Assembly: GCF_000023965.1 (NCBI RefSeq)
Contig: NC_013202.1
Span: forward strand, 2,460,001 to 2,492,000
Direction: 5' to 3'
DNA: 32,000 bases
From: Halomicrobium mukohataei DSM 12286
GTDB taxonomy: Archaea > Halobacteriota > Halobacteria > Halobacteriales > Haloarculaceae
Shown here: one piece after another, positions 16,049-25,383 of the stretch
Layout: each line of letters starts with the position of its first letter
How positions within the stretch are numbered: the stretch's first letter is position 1
The notes under the pieces: generated by a model
What the model was told of the DNA's origin: nothing
The model's input: the letters and a program-made list of their open reading frames with translations, nothing else
Database searches by the model: none
Position numbers and translations under genes: made by a program

Positions 16049-17599
16049 GTGACCCACGAGGACCGCGTCGACGACCTGCGCGAGCGCAAGCGCGAGGCCG
16101 AACTGGGCGGGGGCGAAGAGCGCATCGAGGCCCAGCACGACAAAGGCAAACTCACGGCCCGCGAGCGTATCGACTACTTCCTCGACGACGACACGTTCGT
16201 CGAGATCGACCAGCTGCGCGAACACCGCTCGACGAACTTCGACATGGACGAGCGCCACGTCCCCGGCGACGGCGTCGTGACGGGCTACGGCGAGGTCGAG
16301 GGGCGGAAAGTGTTCGTCTTCGCCCACGACTTCACCGTCTTCGGCGGGTCGCTGGGCGAGGCGTTCGCCCAGAAGGTCTGTAAGGTGATGGACAAGGCCA
16401 TCGAGACCGGCTGTCCGATCATCGGCCTCAACGACTCGGCCGGCGCGCGCATCCAGGAGGGGATCGACTCGCTGGCCGGCTACGCCGACATCTTCCACCG
16501 AAATCAGCAGGCCAGCGGCGTCGTCCCGCAGATCTCGGCGATCATGGGGCCCTGTGCCGGCGGCGCGGTGTACTCGCCGTCGATCACGGACTTCGTCTGC
16601 ATGGTCGAGGAGACCAGCCACATGTTCATCACGGGGCCGGACGTGATCGAGACGGTCACCGGCGAAGAGGTCGGATTCGACGAGCTCGGCGGGGCCCAGA
16701 CCCACGCCAGCGAGTCCGGCGTCGCCCACCTGACCGCCGCCGACGAGAAGGCCGCGATGGACGACATCCGGTACATGCTCTCCTATCTCCCCCAGAACAA
16801 CGTCGAGGACCCGCCCCGCGTCGATCCCTGGGACGATCCCGAGCGCCGAGACGAGGAGCTGGTCGACGTGGTTCCCGAAGCCCCCCAGCAGCCATACGAC
16901 ATGACGCGCGTCATCGACGGGGTCGTCGACGAGGGGTCGTACTTCGAGGTCGCCGAAGCGTTCGCTCGGAACATCACGATGGGGTTTGCCAGACTGGACG
17001 GGCGCTCGATCGGCGTCGTCGGGAATCAGCCCCGCGTCAACGCCGGGACGCTGGACATCGAGGCCTCCCGGAAGGCCGCTCGCTTCGTCCGGTTCTGTGA
17101 CGCGTTCAACATCCCGATCTGTACCTTCGTCGACGTGCCCGGATTCATGCCGGGCAAAGACCAGGAGCGCAACGCGATCATCAACCACGGCGCGAAGCTG
17201 CTGTACGCCTACTCCGAGGCGACGGTCCCGCTGTTGACCGTCATCACCCGCAAAGCATACGGCGGAGCCTACGACGTGATGGCCTCGAAGCACATCGGCG
17301 CGGACGTGAACTACGCCTGGCCGACCGCCGAGATCGCGGTCATGGGGCCACAGGGTGCAGTGAACGTTCTCTACGACGACGAACTGGAGGCGGCCGACGA
17401 CGTGGAGGCCCGCCGACAGCAGCTGATCGACGAGTACCGCGACGCCTTCGCGAACCCCTACACTGCGGCCGAGCGGGGGTTCGTCGACGACGTGCTGGAG
17501 CCCCAGGAGACGCGCCCGCGGCTGATCGACGATCTGGACACCTTACGAAACAAGCGAAAGCACCAGCCCGAGCGCAAGCACGGCAACATCCCGCTGTAG
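16049..17599 (+). CDS. pccB: Acyl-CoA (propionyl-CoA) carboxylase, carboxyltransferase beta subunit
   Basis: GKLTARERIDYFLD, FGGSLGE, MGPCAGGAVYSP and AYGGAY are typical of PccB and methylmalonyl-CoA carboxyltransferase 12S. 516 aa, GTG start. Confidence 0.85.
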   Translation: MTHEDRVDDLRERKREAELGGGEERIEAQHDKGKLTARERIDYFLDDDTFVEIDQLREHRSTNFDMDERHVPGDGVVTGYGEVEGRKVFVFAHDFTVFGGSLGEAFAQKVCKVMDKAIETGCPIIGLNDSAGARIQEGIDSLAGYADIFHRNQQASGVVPQISAIMGPCAGGAVYSPSITDFVCMVEETSHMFITGPDVIETVTGEEVGFDELGGAQTHASESGVAHLTAADEKAAMDDIRYMLSYLPQNNVEDPPRVDPWDDPERRDEELVDVVPEAPQQPYDMTRVIDGVVDEGSYFEVAEAFARNITMGFARLDGRSIGVVGNQPRVNAGTLDIEASRKAARFVRFCDAFNIPICTFVDVPGFMPGKDQERNAIINHGAKLLYAYSEATVPLLTVITRKAYGGAYDVMASKHIGADVNYAWPTAEIAVMGPQGAVNVLYDDELEAADDVEARRQQLIDEYRDAFANPYTAAERGFVDDVLEPQETRPRLIDDLDTLRNKRKHQPERKHGNIPL

Positions 17600-17638
17600 G
17601 ACTTCGCCCGTTCTCGTACTGCCGGCTGCACCGTCGTG

Positions 17639-18826
17639 TCAGCGATCGAAGACGCCGATCATCTCGTCGGCCGTCGCCTGTGCGTCCCACTCGTCGATGA
17701 AGCCCGCGATCGCGGACTTCAGGTCGACCAGCTGTGCCGAGGAGACGCTCAGGCCGTGCGTGATTATCTGGGGCTGTTCGGCCGAGCGATCGAGCTGCCG
17801 GTACTGTGATCTCCCGAACTCGGTGAACCCGTCGATCGAGGCGTCTTTCCGTGCCGGCAGCGACCCCTTCTTCCGGCTGAACCGCTCCTGTGCGTCACAC
17901 GAGCCAACGTATTCGAGGAACGTCTCGAGCGCGTCGCTGTCCGATTTCGACGACGGGATGAACGAATCCATGACGACGGCGAACATGTCCTCCGTACCGG
18001 GGAACGCGACGCGGTCCCACTCGGACTGGAAGTCGAACTCGGGCGTCTCGTCGAACACGCCGGCCGCCCAGTCGCCCTGCGGGTAGACCGGGGCGGCTCC
18101 GTCGATGAACTGCTCGTTCGCGTCGGTCATCCCGTGATACAGCGAGTCCTCGCTGGACAGCGCCGAGAAACGCTGGATGTGTTCGAGCGCACTCACGATC
18201 ACGTCGCGGTGACGCGACGCGTTGCCCGCGGTCATCGCCTCGAACGTGGCGTGATCGGACAGTCCCAGGAGCGTGATCTCCCACAGCTGCAGGACGGTGA
18301 ACGGGTCGGCCATCGGGAGCAAGAACGACGGTCCGTCGTGGTCGTCGTCGACCGCTTCCAGCATCTCGACGAGTTCGGTCGGGTCCGACGCTCGCGCGGG
18401 GTCGATCCCGAGCGCCTCGACGGTCTCGGTGTGGAGATACATGTCGTTTGCCCGGTGGATGGTGATCGGGACCGCGTGGTACCGACCGTCGACCTGTGAC
18501 ACGTCCGCCGCGACCGACCGGAAGTTCGCGGCCATCCCCGAGGCCTCCCAGAGGTCGGTGATGTCTTTGACCGCGTCGACTTCCGCGTAGCCGGCCATCT
18601 CGCCGCCGGGCCACCCGGTCCAGACGTCCGGCGGATCTTCACCCAGAATGCGGCTCTTGACCTGGAGCCGCATGTTGTCGTAGTGGGTCTCCTGAACCGA
18701 GATCGAGCTGTGGCTGTCGGCGAATCCCTCCATCAGCGCTCTCAGTGCGGCCTCTCCGTCGCCCCCGACGTAGTGATGGACGAGCTCGAAAGAACCAGCA
18801 CGTGACTGCTGCAGTCCGCTGGACAT
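17639..18826 (-). CDS. ABC-transporter solute-binding-protein homologue lacking a signal peptide or lipobox
   Basis: The sugar-type SBP family is suggested by VWTGWPGG and the overall pattern. The N-terminus MSSGLQQSRAGSFELVHHY has no twin-arginine, hydrophobic or Cys lipobox segment. No permease or ATPase genes are nearby. Confidence 0.55.
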   Translation of the reverse strand: MSSGLQQSRAGSFELVHHYVGGDGEAALRALMEGFADSHSSISVQETHYDNMRLQVKSRILGEDPPDVWTGWPGGEMAGYAEVDAVKDITDLWEASGMAANFRSVAADVSQVDGRYHAVPITIHRANDMYLHTETVEALGIDPARASDPTELVEMLEAVDDDHDGPSFLLPMADPFTVLQLWEITLLGLSDHATFEAMTAGNASRHRDVIVSALEHIQRFSALSSEDSLYHGMTDANEQFIDGAAPVYPQGDWAAGVFDETPEFDFQSEWDRVAFPGTEDMFAVVMDSFIPSSKSDSDALETFLEYVGSCDAQERFSRKKGSLPARKDASIDGFTEFGRSQYRQLDRSAEQPQIITHGLSVSSAQLVDLKSAIAGFIDEWDAQATADEMIGVFDR

Positions 18827-18990
18827 TACCACACATTCGCCCGTTTACCGGCATAAACGTTCGCCCGCCAATATCTCACGTGATAGTCGGAGCTGCCGGG
18901 AAGAGTACCGCGGCCTGTGTCCCGCCGGCACGGAACCGCGGACCGGATCGGCGATCGACCGGCCGACCAGAGACGTGTAATTCCGCATAG

Positions 18991-18997
18991 TTTTATG
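18991..18997 (+). promoter_or_regulatory. TATA box for pccA/accA
   Basis: ttttatg is centred about 28 nt upstream of the ATG at 19022. Confidence 0.45.
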
Positions 18998-19021
18998 AGG
19001 GGGTCGTCGGTACTGGGAGAT

Positions 19022-20863
19022 ATGTTCGACAAGGTTCTCGTTGCGAACCGCGGCGAGATCGCGGTTCGGGTCATGCGGGCCTGCGAGGAACTGGGGGTCG
19101 AAACCGTCGCAGTCTACTCCGAAGCCGACAAGCACTCGGGCCACGTCAGATACGCCGACGAGGCGTACAACGTCGGCCCGGCCCGCGCGGCCGACTCGTA
19201 TCTCGATCAGGAGGCGATCGTCGACGCCGCCCGACAGGCCGACGCCGACGCGATCCACCCCGGCTACGGCTTCCTCGCGGAGAACGCCGACTTCGCGGCC
19301 CGCGTCGAGGCCGCCGACGGCATCACCTGGGTCGGTCCGGAGAGCGACTCGATGGAGTCGCTCGGCGAGAAGACGAAGGCCCGCACGATCATGTCGTCGG
19401 CCGACGTGCCCATCGTTCCGGGGACGACCGACCCGGTGACCGAGCCCGAACAGGTCCACGAGTTCGGTGACGAGAACGGCTATCCGATCGCCATCAAGGC
19501 CGAGGGCGGCGGCGGCGGCCGCGGCATGAAGATCGTCGAGAGCCCCGACGAAGTCGAGGATCAGCTCGAATCGGCCAAACGAGAGGGCGAGGCGTACTTC
19601 TCGAACGACTCCGTCTACCTCGAACGCTACCTCGAAAATCCGCGCCACATCGAGGTCCAGATCATCGCCGACCACCACGGCAACGTCCGCCACCTGGGCG
19701 AGCGCGACTGCTCGCTCCAGCGCCGCCACCAGAAAGTCATCGAGGAGGGGCCCAGTCCCGCCCTGTCGGACGAACTCCGCGAGGAGATCGGCGAGGCCGC
19801 TCGCCGGGGCGTCTCCGAAGCCGGCTACTACAACGCCGGCACCGTCGAGTTCCTCGTCGAGGAGCAAGACCGCGAGCCGGGCGAACTGCTCGGTCCCGAC
19901 GCGGACTTCTACTTCCTCGAAGTGAACACGCGCATCCAGGTCGAGCACTGCGTCACCGAGGAGATCACGGGGATCGACATCGTCAAGTGGCAGCTCAGGG
20001 TCGCCGCCGACGAGGTGCTCGGCTTCGCCCAGGACGACGTGACGGTCGACGGCCACGCCATCGAGTTCCGAATCAACGCGGAGAACGCCGCCGACGACTT
20101 CGCGCCCGCCACCGGCGGCACCCTCGAAACGTACGATCCGCCCGGCGGCGTCGGCGTCCGGATGGACGACGCGCTGCGCCAGGGCGACGAGCTGGTGACC
20201 GACTACGACTCGATGATCGCGAAGCTCATCGTCCACGCGGGCGACCGCGAGGAGGCCATCGAGCGGGGCAAGCGCGCGCTGGGCGAGTACGACATCGAGG
20301 GGATCCCGACGATCGTCCCCTTCCACCGCCTGATGCTCACCGACGACGAGTTCGTCCAGGGCATGCACACGACGAAGTACCTCGACGAGACGCTCGACCC
20401 CGAGCGCATCGACGCCGCACAGGAGCGGTGGGGGACCGAGACGACGAGCGACGCGGACGACGAGGAGGTGACCGAGCGGGAGTTCACCGTCGAGGTCAAC
20501 GGCAAGCGCTTCGACGTGGAACTCGAAGAGCGCGGCGCACCGCCGATCGAGGTCGGCGAGGTGCAGGGCGGCGACGGCGGCGACCGCCCCCAGCGACCCG
20601 GCAGTGGCGGCTCGGATTCGGGCGGCGACGGCGGCGGAGCCAGCGCCGAAGGCGACGAAGTGACCGCGGAGATGCAGGGCACGATCCTCGAAGTCAACGT
20701 CGAGGAAGGAGACGAGGTCGAGGCCGGCGACGTGGTCTGCGTGCTCGAAGCGATGAAGATGGAGAACGACATCGTGGCCGAGCGCGGCGGGACCGTCACC
20801 CAGGTCGCCGTCGGCGAGGGCGAGTCCGTCGACATGGGCGATCTCCTGTTCGTCGTCGGGTGA
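19022..20863 (+). CDS. pccA: Acetyl/propionyl-CoA carboxylase alpha subunit (biotin carboxylase fused to a biotin carboxyl carrier domain)
   Basis: [21 protein letters not shown]-terminus, an ATP-grasp core, a Gly/Asp-rich linker, and a C-terminal EAMKMEN biotinylation motif. The ATG at 19022 is preferred over the upstream start at 18917. Confidence 0.9.
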   Translation: MFDKVLVANRGEIAVRVMRACEELGVETVAVYSEADKHSGHVRYADEAYNVGPARAADSYLDQEAIVDAARQADADAIHPGYGFLAENADFAARVEAADGITWVGPESDSMESLGEKTKARTIMSSADVPIVPGTTDPVTEPEQVHEFGDENGYPIAIKAEGGGGGRGMKIVESPDEVEDQLESAKREGEAYFSNDSVYLERYLENPRHIEVQIIADHHGNVRHLGERDCSLQRRHQKVIEEGPSPALSDELREEIGEAARRGVSEAGYYNAGTVEFLVEEQDREPGELLGPDADFYFLEVNTRIQVEHCVTEEITGIDIVKWQLRVAADEVLGFAQDDVTVDGHAIEFRINAENAADDFAPATGGTLETYDPPGGVGVRMDDALRQGDELVTDYDSMIAKLIVHAGDREEAIERGKRALGEYDIEGIPTIVPFHRLMLTDDEFVQGMHTTKYLDETLDPERIDAAQERWGTETTSDADDEEVTEREFTVEVNGKRFDVELEERGAPPIEVGEVQGGDGGDRPQRPGSGGSDSGGDGGGASAEGDEVTAEMQGTILEVNVEEGDEVEAGDVVCVLEAMKMENDIVAERGGTVTQVAVGEGESVDMGDLLFVVG

Positions 20864-20903
20864 CCGCTCGCATCGCGTTCGGCGGTCGCTGACAGACGGA
20901 GAC

Positions 20904-20910
20904 GTTTTTG
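20904..20910 (+). promoter_or_regulatory. TATA-like element for birA
   Basis: gtttttg lies about 27 nt upstream of the ATG at 20934. It sits in the loop of a short inverted repeat, gacgg...ccgtc. Confidence 0.35.
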
Positions 20911-20933
20911 CCGTCCCCGCCGAGGGGCTCTGT

Positions 20934-21866
20934 ATGCAAGCGACACGCGAGCAGGTGCTCGACGCGCTCTCCGAGGGGCCGGTGGCCGGGCCGGCGCTGG
21001 CCGATCGCCTCGACGTGTCTCGGGCAGCGGTCTGGAAGCACGTCGAGCAGCTGCGAGCGGAGGGGTTCGAGATCGACAGCGGCGACGGCGGCTACGAACT
21101 CGTGTCCGTCCCCGAGTTCGGCGCGAGCGCCGTCGCGTACGGGCTCGAAGCGCCCTTCGAGATCGAGTACCACGACAGCATCGACAGCACGAACCGCCGC
21201 GCACGCGAGCTCGCGACCGACGGGCGAAGCGACGTTGCGGTTCTGGCCGACGAGCAGACCGGCGGCCGGGGTCGACTCGACCGGGCGTGGGCCTCGCCCA
21301 GCGGCGGCGTCTGGCTCTCGCTCGCGCTCCGTCCCGGGGTTCCGATCGCGCACGCACCGGCGTTCACGCTGGCCGCGGCCGTCGCCGTCACCCGCGCCGC
21401 CCGCGAGGCCGGCGTCGACGCACGGATCAAGTGGCCCAACGACGTGGTCGTGGGCGACGACGAGCGGAAGCTGGCGGGCGTCCTCACCGAGGTCGAGGGC
21501 GAGGCCGACCGCGTCGACTGGGTCGTCGTCGGGATCGGGAGCAACGTCAACGTCGACCCGGCGGCGCTGCCGGACGAGGCCGACGCCACGAGCGTCCAGG
21601 ACGCGGTCGGGCCGGTCGACCGACGCGCGTTCACCCAGCGACTCTTGGAAGAGTTCGACGCGCTCCGTCGCGATCTCGACGCGGTCGTGCCGGCGTGGCG
21701 CGCGGACGCGACGACGCTCGGCAAACGGGTTCGCGTCGAGACGCCCGGCGGCACTGTCGAGGGCGAGGCCGTCGACGTGTCGTTTCCCGGCGCGCTGGTC
21801 GTCGACACGGGCGAGGAGCGGGTGACGATCACGGCCGGCGACTGCGAGCACCTCCGGCCGGCCTGA
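20934..21866 (+). CDS. birA: Biotin--[acetyl-CoA-carboxylase] ligase with an N-terminal HTH (BirA-type)
   Basis: The N-terminal winged-helix region (LADRLDVSRAAVWKHVEQLRAEG) is followed by the GRGRLDRAW biotin-ligase motif and KWPND. Confidence 0.85.
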   Translation: MQATREQVLDALSEGPVAGPALADRLDVSRAAVWKHVEQLRAEGFEIDSGDGGYELVSVPEFGASAVAYGLEAPFEIEYHDSIDSTNRRARELATDGRSDVAVLADEQTGGRGRLDRAWASPSGGVWLSLALRPGVPIAHAPAFTLAAAVAVTRAAREAGVDARIKWPNDVVVGDDERKLAGVLTEVEGEADRVDWVVVGIGSNVNVDPAALPDEADATSVQDAVGPVDRRAFTQRLLEEFDALRRDLDAVVPAWRADATTLGKRVRVETPGGTVEGEAVDVSFPGALVVDTGEERVTITAGDCEHLRPA

Positions 21867-21889
21867 TCCGCCGCGGTACGGGACGAACG

Positions 21890-22336
21890 TCAGGCAGCGG
21901 TCAGCGCTTCGTCGACGTGGACTGTCAGGACCGGGACCGGCGAGCGCCGCACGACGTGTTCGGCGACGCTCCCCAGCAGGAGGCGGTCGATACCGCCGCG
22001 TCCGTGGGTCCCCATCACGATCAGGTCGGCACCGCTCTCGGTCGCGTGGGCGACGATCTCCCGTTCGGGATCTCCTTCGAGAATCGTGTGTTCGACGGTG
22101 GTCTCGGGCGAGCAGATCCGCTCTGCGGCCTCGATGGCCATCTCGCCTTCTTCGCTGAGCAGGCCTCGAATACCCTCGACGGAGGCGTCGGTCGGCATCG
22201 TCGTCATGTGTGCGGTGTTGACGACGTAGACGACCTCGACCGCAGCGCCGTGTCGTCGCGCGATCTCGTCGGCGTGTTCGATGACCCGCTCCATGCCGGC
22301 CGAGCCGTCCGTCGGCAGGAGCAAGCGGTCGTACAT
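21890..22336 (-). CDS. Universal stress protein (UspA family)
   Basis: MYDRLLLPTDGS...ADLIVMGTHGRGGIDRLLLGSVAEHVVRRSPVPVLTV is the classic Usp ATP-binding pattern. Confidence 0.85.
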   Translation of the reverse strand: MYDRLLLPTDGSAGMERVIEHADEIARRHGAAVEVVYVVNTAHMTTMPTDASVEGIRGLLSEEGEMAIEAAERICSPETTVEHTILEGDPEREIVAHATESGADLIVMGTHGRGGIDRLLLGSVAEHVVRRSPVPVLTVHVDEALTAA

Positions 22337-22368
22337 TGGTTCGTGTTAACAGTTCACTGGGTGGGCGC

Positions 22369-23406
22369 TTAAGCCTTGCCTGCGTAGTGGACTCGTTCGA
22401 CGTCGTCGACGCCGGCACGCCGGACGATCGCGCGGACCGGGTCCCGCGCACCCGAGAGATTGTCCGAGTCGCCGTCCAGCACCAGCAGATCGGCGTCGCG
22501 GCCCTCTGCGACGAGCCCGCAGTTCAGGCCCGCGATCTCGGCTCCGTTGACCGTCGCCATCCGGAGGACCTCGACGGCCGGAACGTCGGCGAGTTTCGCC
22601 GTCCAGGCCATCTCGCGGAACATCGACGGGCTGTTGGTCATGACGTTGTCCGTCCCCAGCGCGACCGTCGTCCGTTCGGCGAGGTCGGTGATCGGCGGAA
22701 CGCCGACGTTCGTCACGACGTTCGAGCGAGGGCAGACGACGACGGGGACTTCGCTGTCGGCCACGCGGTCGAGGTGCAACCCCTCGGCGTGGACCATGTG
22801 GACGAGAAAGTCCGGATCGAGGTCCAGCGCGGGGTTGATGTCGCTGGCGTCGACCTCCCCGGCGTGGATGCCGAACAGCTTCCCCGCCTCGGCGGTCGCG
22901 GTCCGTTCGTGGCTGAAGTCGCCGTCGGCGGCTCCGCTCGCACCGAACCCGTCGCTTCGCTCCATCGCCGCGACCGTCTCCCGCCCGAGGACGACGCTGT
23001 CGACCGGCGAGTCCGCCAGTGCCGCCTCGATCGCCGCGACGCCGTCGACCCCGCCTTCGCGGAACTCGACGAACGCGGCCGTTCCCGCTCGCTCCATGAA
23101 CGATATCGTTCGGGCCATCGCGTCGACGAGTTCCTCGCGGCTGGCCTGTCTGAGTAGCCTGTGTTTGAGGCCGTCGGGCGGCGCGACGAGTTCTTCGAGT
23201 GTGAGGCCGCCGCCGGCCTCCTTGGCGATGGAGTCGCCGATGTGGGTGTGTGCGTTGACGAACGCCGGGATGATCCACGAGGAGGGATCGACCGTCGCTT
23301 CCTCGACGGCCGCGATCTCGCCGTCCTCGATCACGACGCGGCCCTCGATCGGTTCGAACTCGCGGCCGCGGAAGATCGTGCCGGCGAGAATGGTCTGGTC
23401 GCTCAT
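22369..23406 (-). CDS. Amidohydrolase-superfamily protein (chlorohydrolase/deaminase-like)
   Basis: PAFVNAHTHIGDS is the HxH metal site, with later His and Asp positions and GTD. About 345 aa from the ATG at 23406. Confidence 0.65.
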   Translation of the reverse strand: MSDQTILAGTIFRGREFEPIEGRVVIEDGEIAAVEEATVDPSSWIIPAFVNAHTHIGDSIAKEAGGGLTLEELVAPPDGLKHRLLRQASREELVDAMARTISFMERAGTAAFVEFREGGVDGVAAIEAALADSPVDSVVLGRETVAAMERSDGFGASGAADGDFSHERTATAEAGKLFGIHAGEVDASDINPALDLDPDFLVHMVHAEGLHLDRVADSEVPVVVCPRSNVVTNVGVPPITDLAERTTVALGTDNVMTNSPSMFREMAWTAKLADVPAVEVLRMATVNGAEIAGLNCGLVAEGRDADLLVLDGDSDNLSGARDPVRAIVRRAGVDDVERVHYAGKA

Positions 23407-23427
23407 GGGCACACGTGGTGGCTCCGG

Positions 23428-24651
23428 TCAGTTGAACTCGTCGAGTGTCGCGTGGACGCCCGGCCGCGCGTCCCGGACCATCGCACCGTCGGGTTCCAGG
23501 CCGAGCACGCGGATCGCACGCTCGCCCACGCGGTCGGCGACGGCCTCGGGGGCGTAGACGCCCAGCCGCCACTGATCTCGCTGGGCCGCTCGGAGGGCCG
23601 TGACCAGCGTCGACTGCTCGCCCAGTCCGCGGACCTCGCCGTTGACGACGACCCGACTCGACGACTCGGGCATCGACGGTTCGCCGGGCACGTCCAGGAG
23701 GACGGCGTCGGCGTCGACGTTGGCCGCGTCGGCGATCGCCCGCTCCTCCTCGCGGATCTCGGCGTGGTCCATCGCCAGTAGCTCGTCGGGCACGGCCGTC
23801 ATCTCGGCCCAGATCGCGCGCTTGTACAGGCGACGCTCGGTGAGACGGTGCGCGTACCCCGCCGTCGCGTCGGTCCGACGCAGCGAGACGAGCAGGTCGC
23901 TGTCGTCCCAGCGGCGCAGTTCGGCCGGGTCGGTGTCGGTGGCTTCGAGGAGGCGCTCGGTCCCGCGCCGGAGCATCGTCTTGGCGATCCGGGCGACGTG
24001 GTGCCTGTAGACGGTTGGGTTCATCAGCGCACGGGCCAACAGCAGCGACTCCGCGGTCTGGACGTTCCCCTCGTCCAGCACGAGGTCGCCGTCCACGAAA
24101 CGCAGCTCCCGGATCAGCCGCTCGTGGTCGATCGTCCCGTAGGGGACGCCGGTGTGGTGGGCGTCCCGCACGAGATAGTCCATCCGGTCGACGTCGAGTT
24201 CGCCCGAGACGAGCTGTCCGAGTTCGCCGTCACCGGCGACGAGATCGGCGACCGCGTCGTGGTCGAGGTCGTGGTCGGCCAGCACGCGTGCCACCTCGCC
24301 GCGGTCGAGCAGATCGTGGACGTCGTCGTGGTACTTCCCCGTCTCGCGGTAGATCACCGCCTCGACGTTGTGACTGTACGGCGAGTGGCCCACGTCGTGC
24401 AACAGCGCCGCGGCGCGGACGCGTTCGGCCTTCTGTCCCTCGATCCCGAGGTGGCCAAGCGCCTCGTCGGCGAGGTGATAGACGCCGAGTGAGTGCTCGA
24501 ACCGGGTGTGGTTCGCCGAGGGGTAGACGAGCGTCACCGTCCCGAGCTGGGCGATCCGGCGGAGTCGCTGGACTGGCGGCGTGTCCAGCAGCGCCTCGGC
24601 GACGCCCTCGACAGCGATGTGGTCGTGGACGCTGTCCTTGATCGTGGTCAT
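23428..24651 (-). CDS. HD-domain phosphohydrolase, dNTP triphosphohydrolase-like (COG1078/SAMHD1-like)
   Basis: IKDSVHDHI...VQRLRRIAQLG...HTRFEHSLGVYHLA...LLHDVGHSPYSH...DRMDYLVRD is a canonical motif series. Confidence 0.8.
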   Translation of the reverse strand: MTTIKDSVHDHIAVEGVAEALLDTPPVQRLRRIAQLGTVTLVYPSANHTRFEHSLGVYHLADEALGHLGIEGQKAERVRAAALLHDVGHSPYSHNVEAVIYRETGKYHDDVHDLLDRGEVARVLADHDLDHDAVADLVAGDGELGQLVSGELDVDRMDYLVRDAHHTGVPYGTIDHERLIRELRFVDGDLVLDEGNVQTAESLLLARALMNPTVYRHHVARIAKTMLRRGTERLLEATDTDPAELRRWDDSDLLVSLRRTDATAGYAHRLTERRLYKRAIWAEMTAVPDELLAMDHAEIREEERAIADAANVDADAVLLDVPGEPSMPESSSRVVVNGEVRGLGEQSTLVTALRAAQRDQWRLGVYAPEAVADRVGERAIRVLGLEPDGAMVRDARPGVHATLDEFN

Positions 24652-24698
24652 CGAGTAGTGCTTGGTCGGGTCCGAGCATAAGAGTGGTTCCGACAGTG

Positions 24699-25250
24699 TC
24701 AGGCAACCGTCGAGAGCAGCTCGTGGAGTTCGCCGCGGCGGGCGTGTCCGGCGTCGACGGCCTCACCGGGCGATCGACCCAGCTCGCCGACCGTCTCGAT
24801 GGCGTCGACGGGATCGTACCCGCGACCGTACACGAGCCAGGCGGCGAGGACGTGGCCGGTCCTGCCGATGCCGGCCAGACAGTGGACGACGACGGGCTGG
24901 TCGGCGTCGACGGACTCCTCGATGAACGGGAGAATCTCCGTTTCGAGGGTCTCGGCGTCGGCCAGGTGGTGGTCGGCGATCGGGACGTGTTCGACGTTCT
25001 CGCCGCCGAAAGCCCGGACGTACCGTCCGGTACTGGCCTCCGTCTGGTCGAGCTGGGTGCCCGAGAGCAGGCAGAGCACGCGTTCGATGCCGCGTTCCTG
25101 CATGAACGCGATCCACTCTTCGACGGCGTCGTCGGGGTCTGCAGTCGAGTGCCAGCCGGGACAGCACGCACCGTAGACGTACTCCTCGTCGGGGCCAGCG
25201 GGGGCGAACCGGTGGGCGTCGACCCGGTCCAGGCGTCGGGATTCGGACAT
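24699..25250 (-). CDS. Cys-based protein-tyrosine/dual-specificity phosphatase-like protein
   Basis: [12 protein letters not shown] is a CX5R P-loop. The 183-aa product starts at the ATG at 25250. The remainder of the 804-aa track ORF is antisense to cofD and is rejected. Confidence 0.75.
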   Translation of the reverse strand: MSESRRLDRVDAHRFAPAGPDEEYVYGACCPGWHSTADPDDAVEEWIAFMQERGIERVLCLLSGTQLDQTEASTGRYVRAFGGENVEHVPIADHHLADAETLETEILPFIEESVDADQPVVVHCLAGIGRTGHVLAAWLVYGRGYDPVDAIETVGELGRSPGEAVDAGHARRGELHELLSTVA

Positions 25251-25352
25251 TGTCTTCCCTAGAGGGTCCGCGAGACTTGAATCAATCCCCGCAGTTCTCA
25301 ATGTTGACAATCGGCGGCCGGGCCGGCCGGCGACGCCCCGTGAGAGACGATG

Positions 25353-25360
25353 TTTTATCA
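25353..25360 (+). promoter_or_regulatory. TATA box for the cofD operon
   Basis: ttttatca is centred about 27 nt upstream of the ATG at 25384. It is the only TATA-like element seen before the four overlapping genes. Confidence 0.45.
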
Positions 25361-25383
25361 ACTCCGTCCCCACTACAGGAGGT

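Noticed and set aside
15935-17293. Long antisense or alternate-frame ORFs: 8347-9678(-), 15935-17293(-), 18845-20368(-), 20796-22451(-), 22346-23572(-), 26690-28075(-), 27493-28788(-), 29959-31416(+), and several of 300-400 aa on the plus strand such as 2484-3689, 8355-9416 and 11339-12382.
   Set aside because: All overlap genes that carry unmistakable family motifs (tyrS, pccB, pccA, birA, amidohydrolase, mrp and others). Their translations are dominated by Arg, Gly, Pro, Val, Asp and Leu runs, which are typical of off-frame GC-rich DNA. None has a recognisable domain.
20555-20655. A repetitive GGC/GAC-rich DNA stretch inside pccA that looks like a tandem repeat.
   Set aside because: It encodes the Gly/Asp/Ser-rich flexible linker ([31 protein letters not shown]) between the biotin carboxylase and the biotinyl domain. 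This is ordinary low-complexity coding sequence, in frame.
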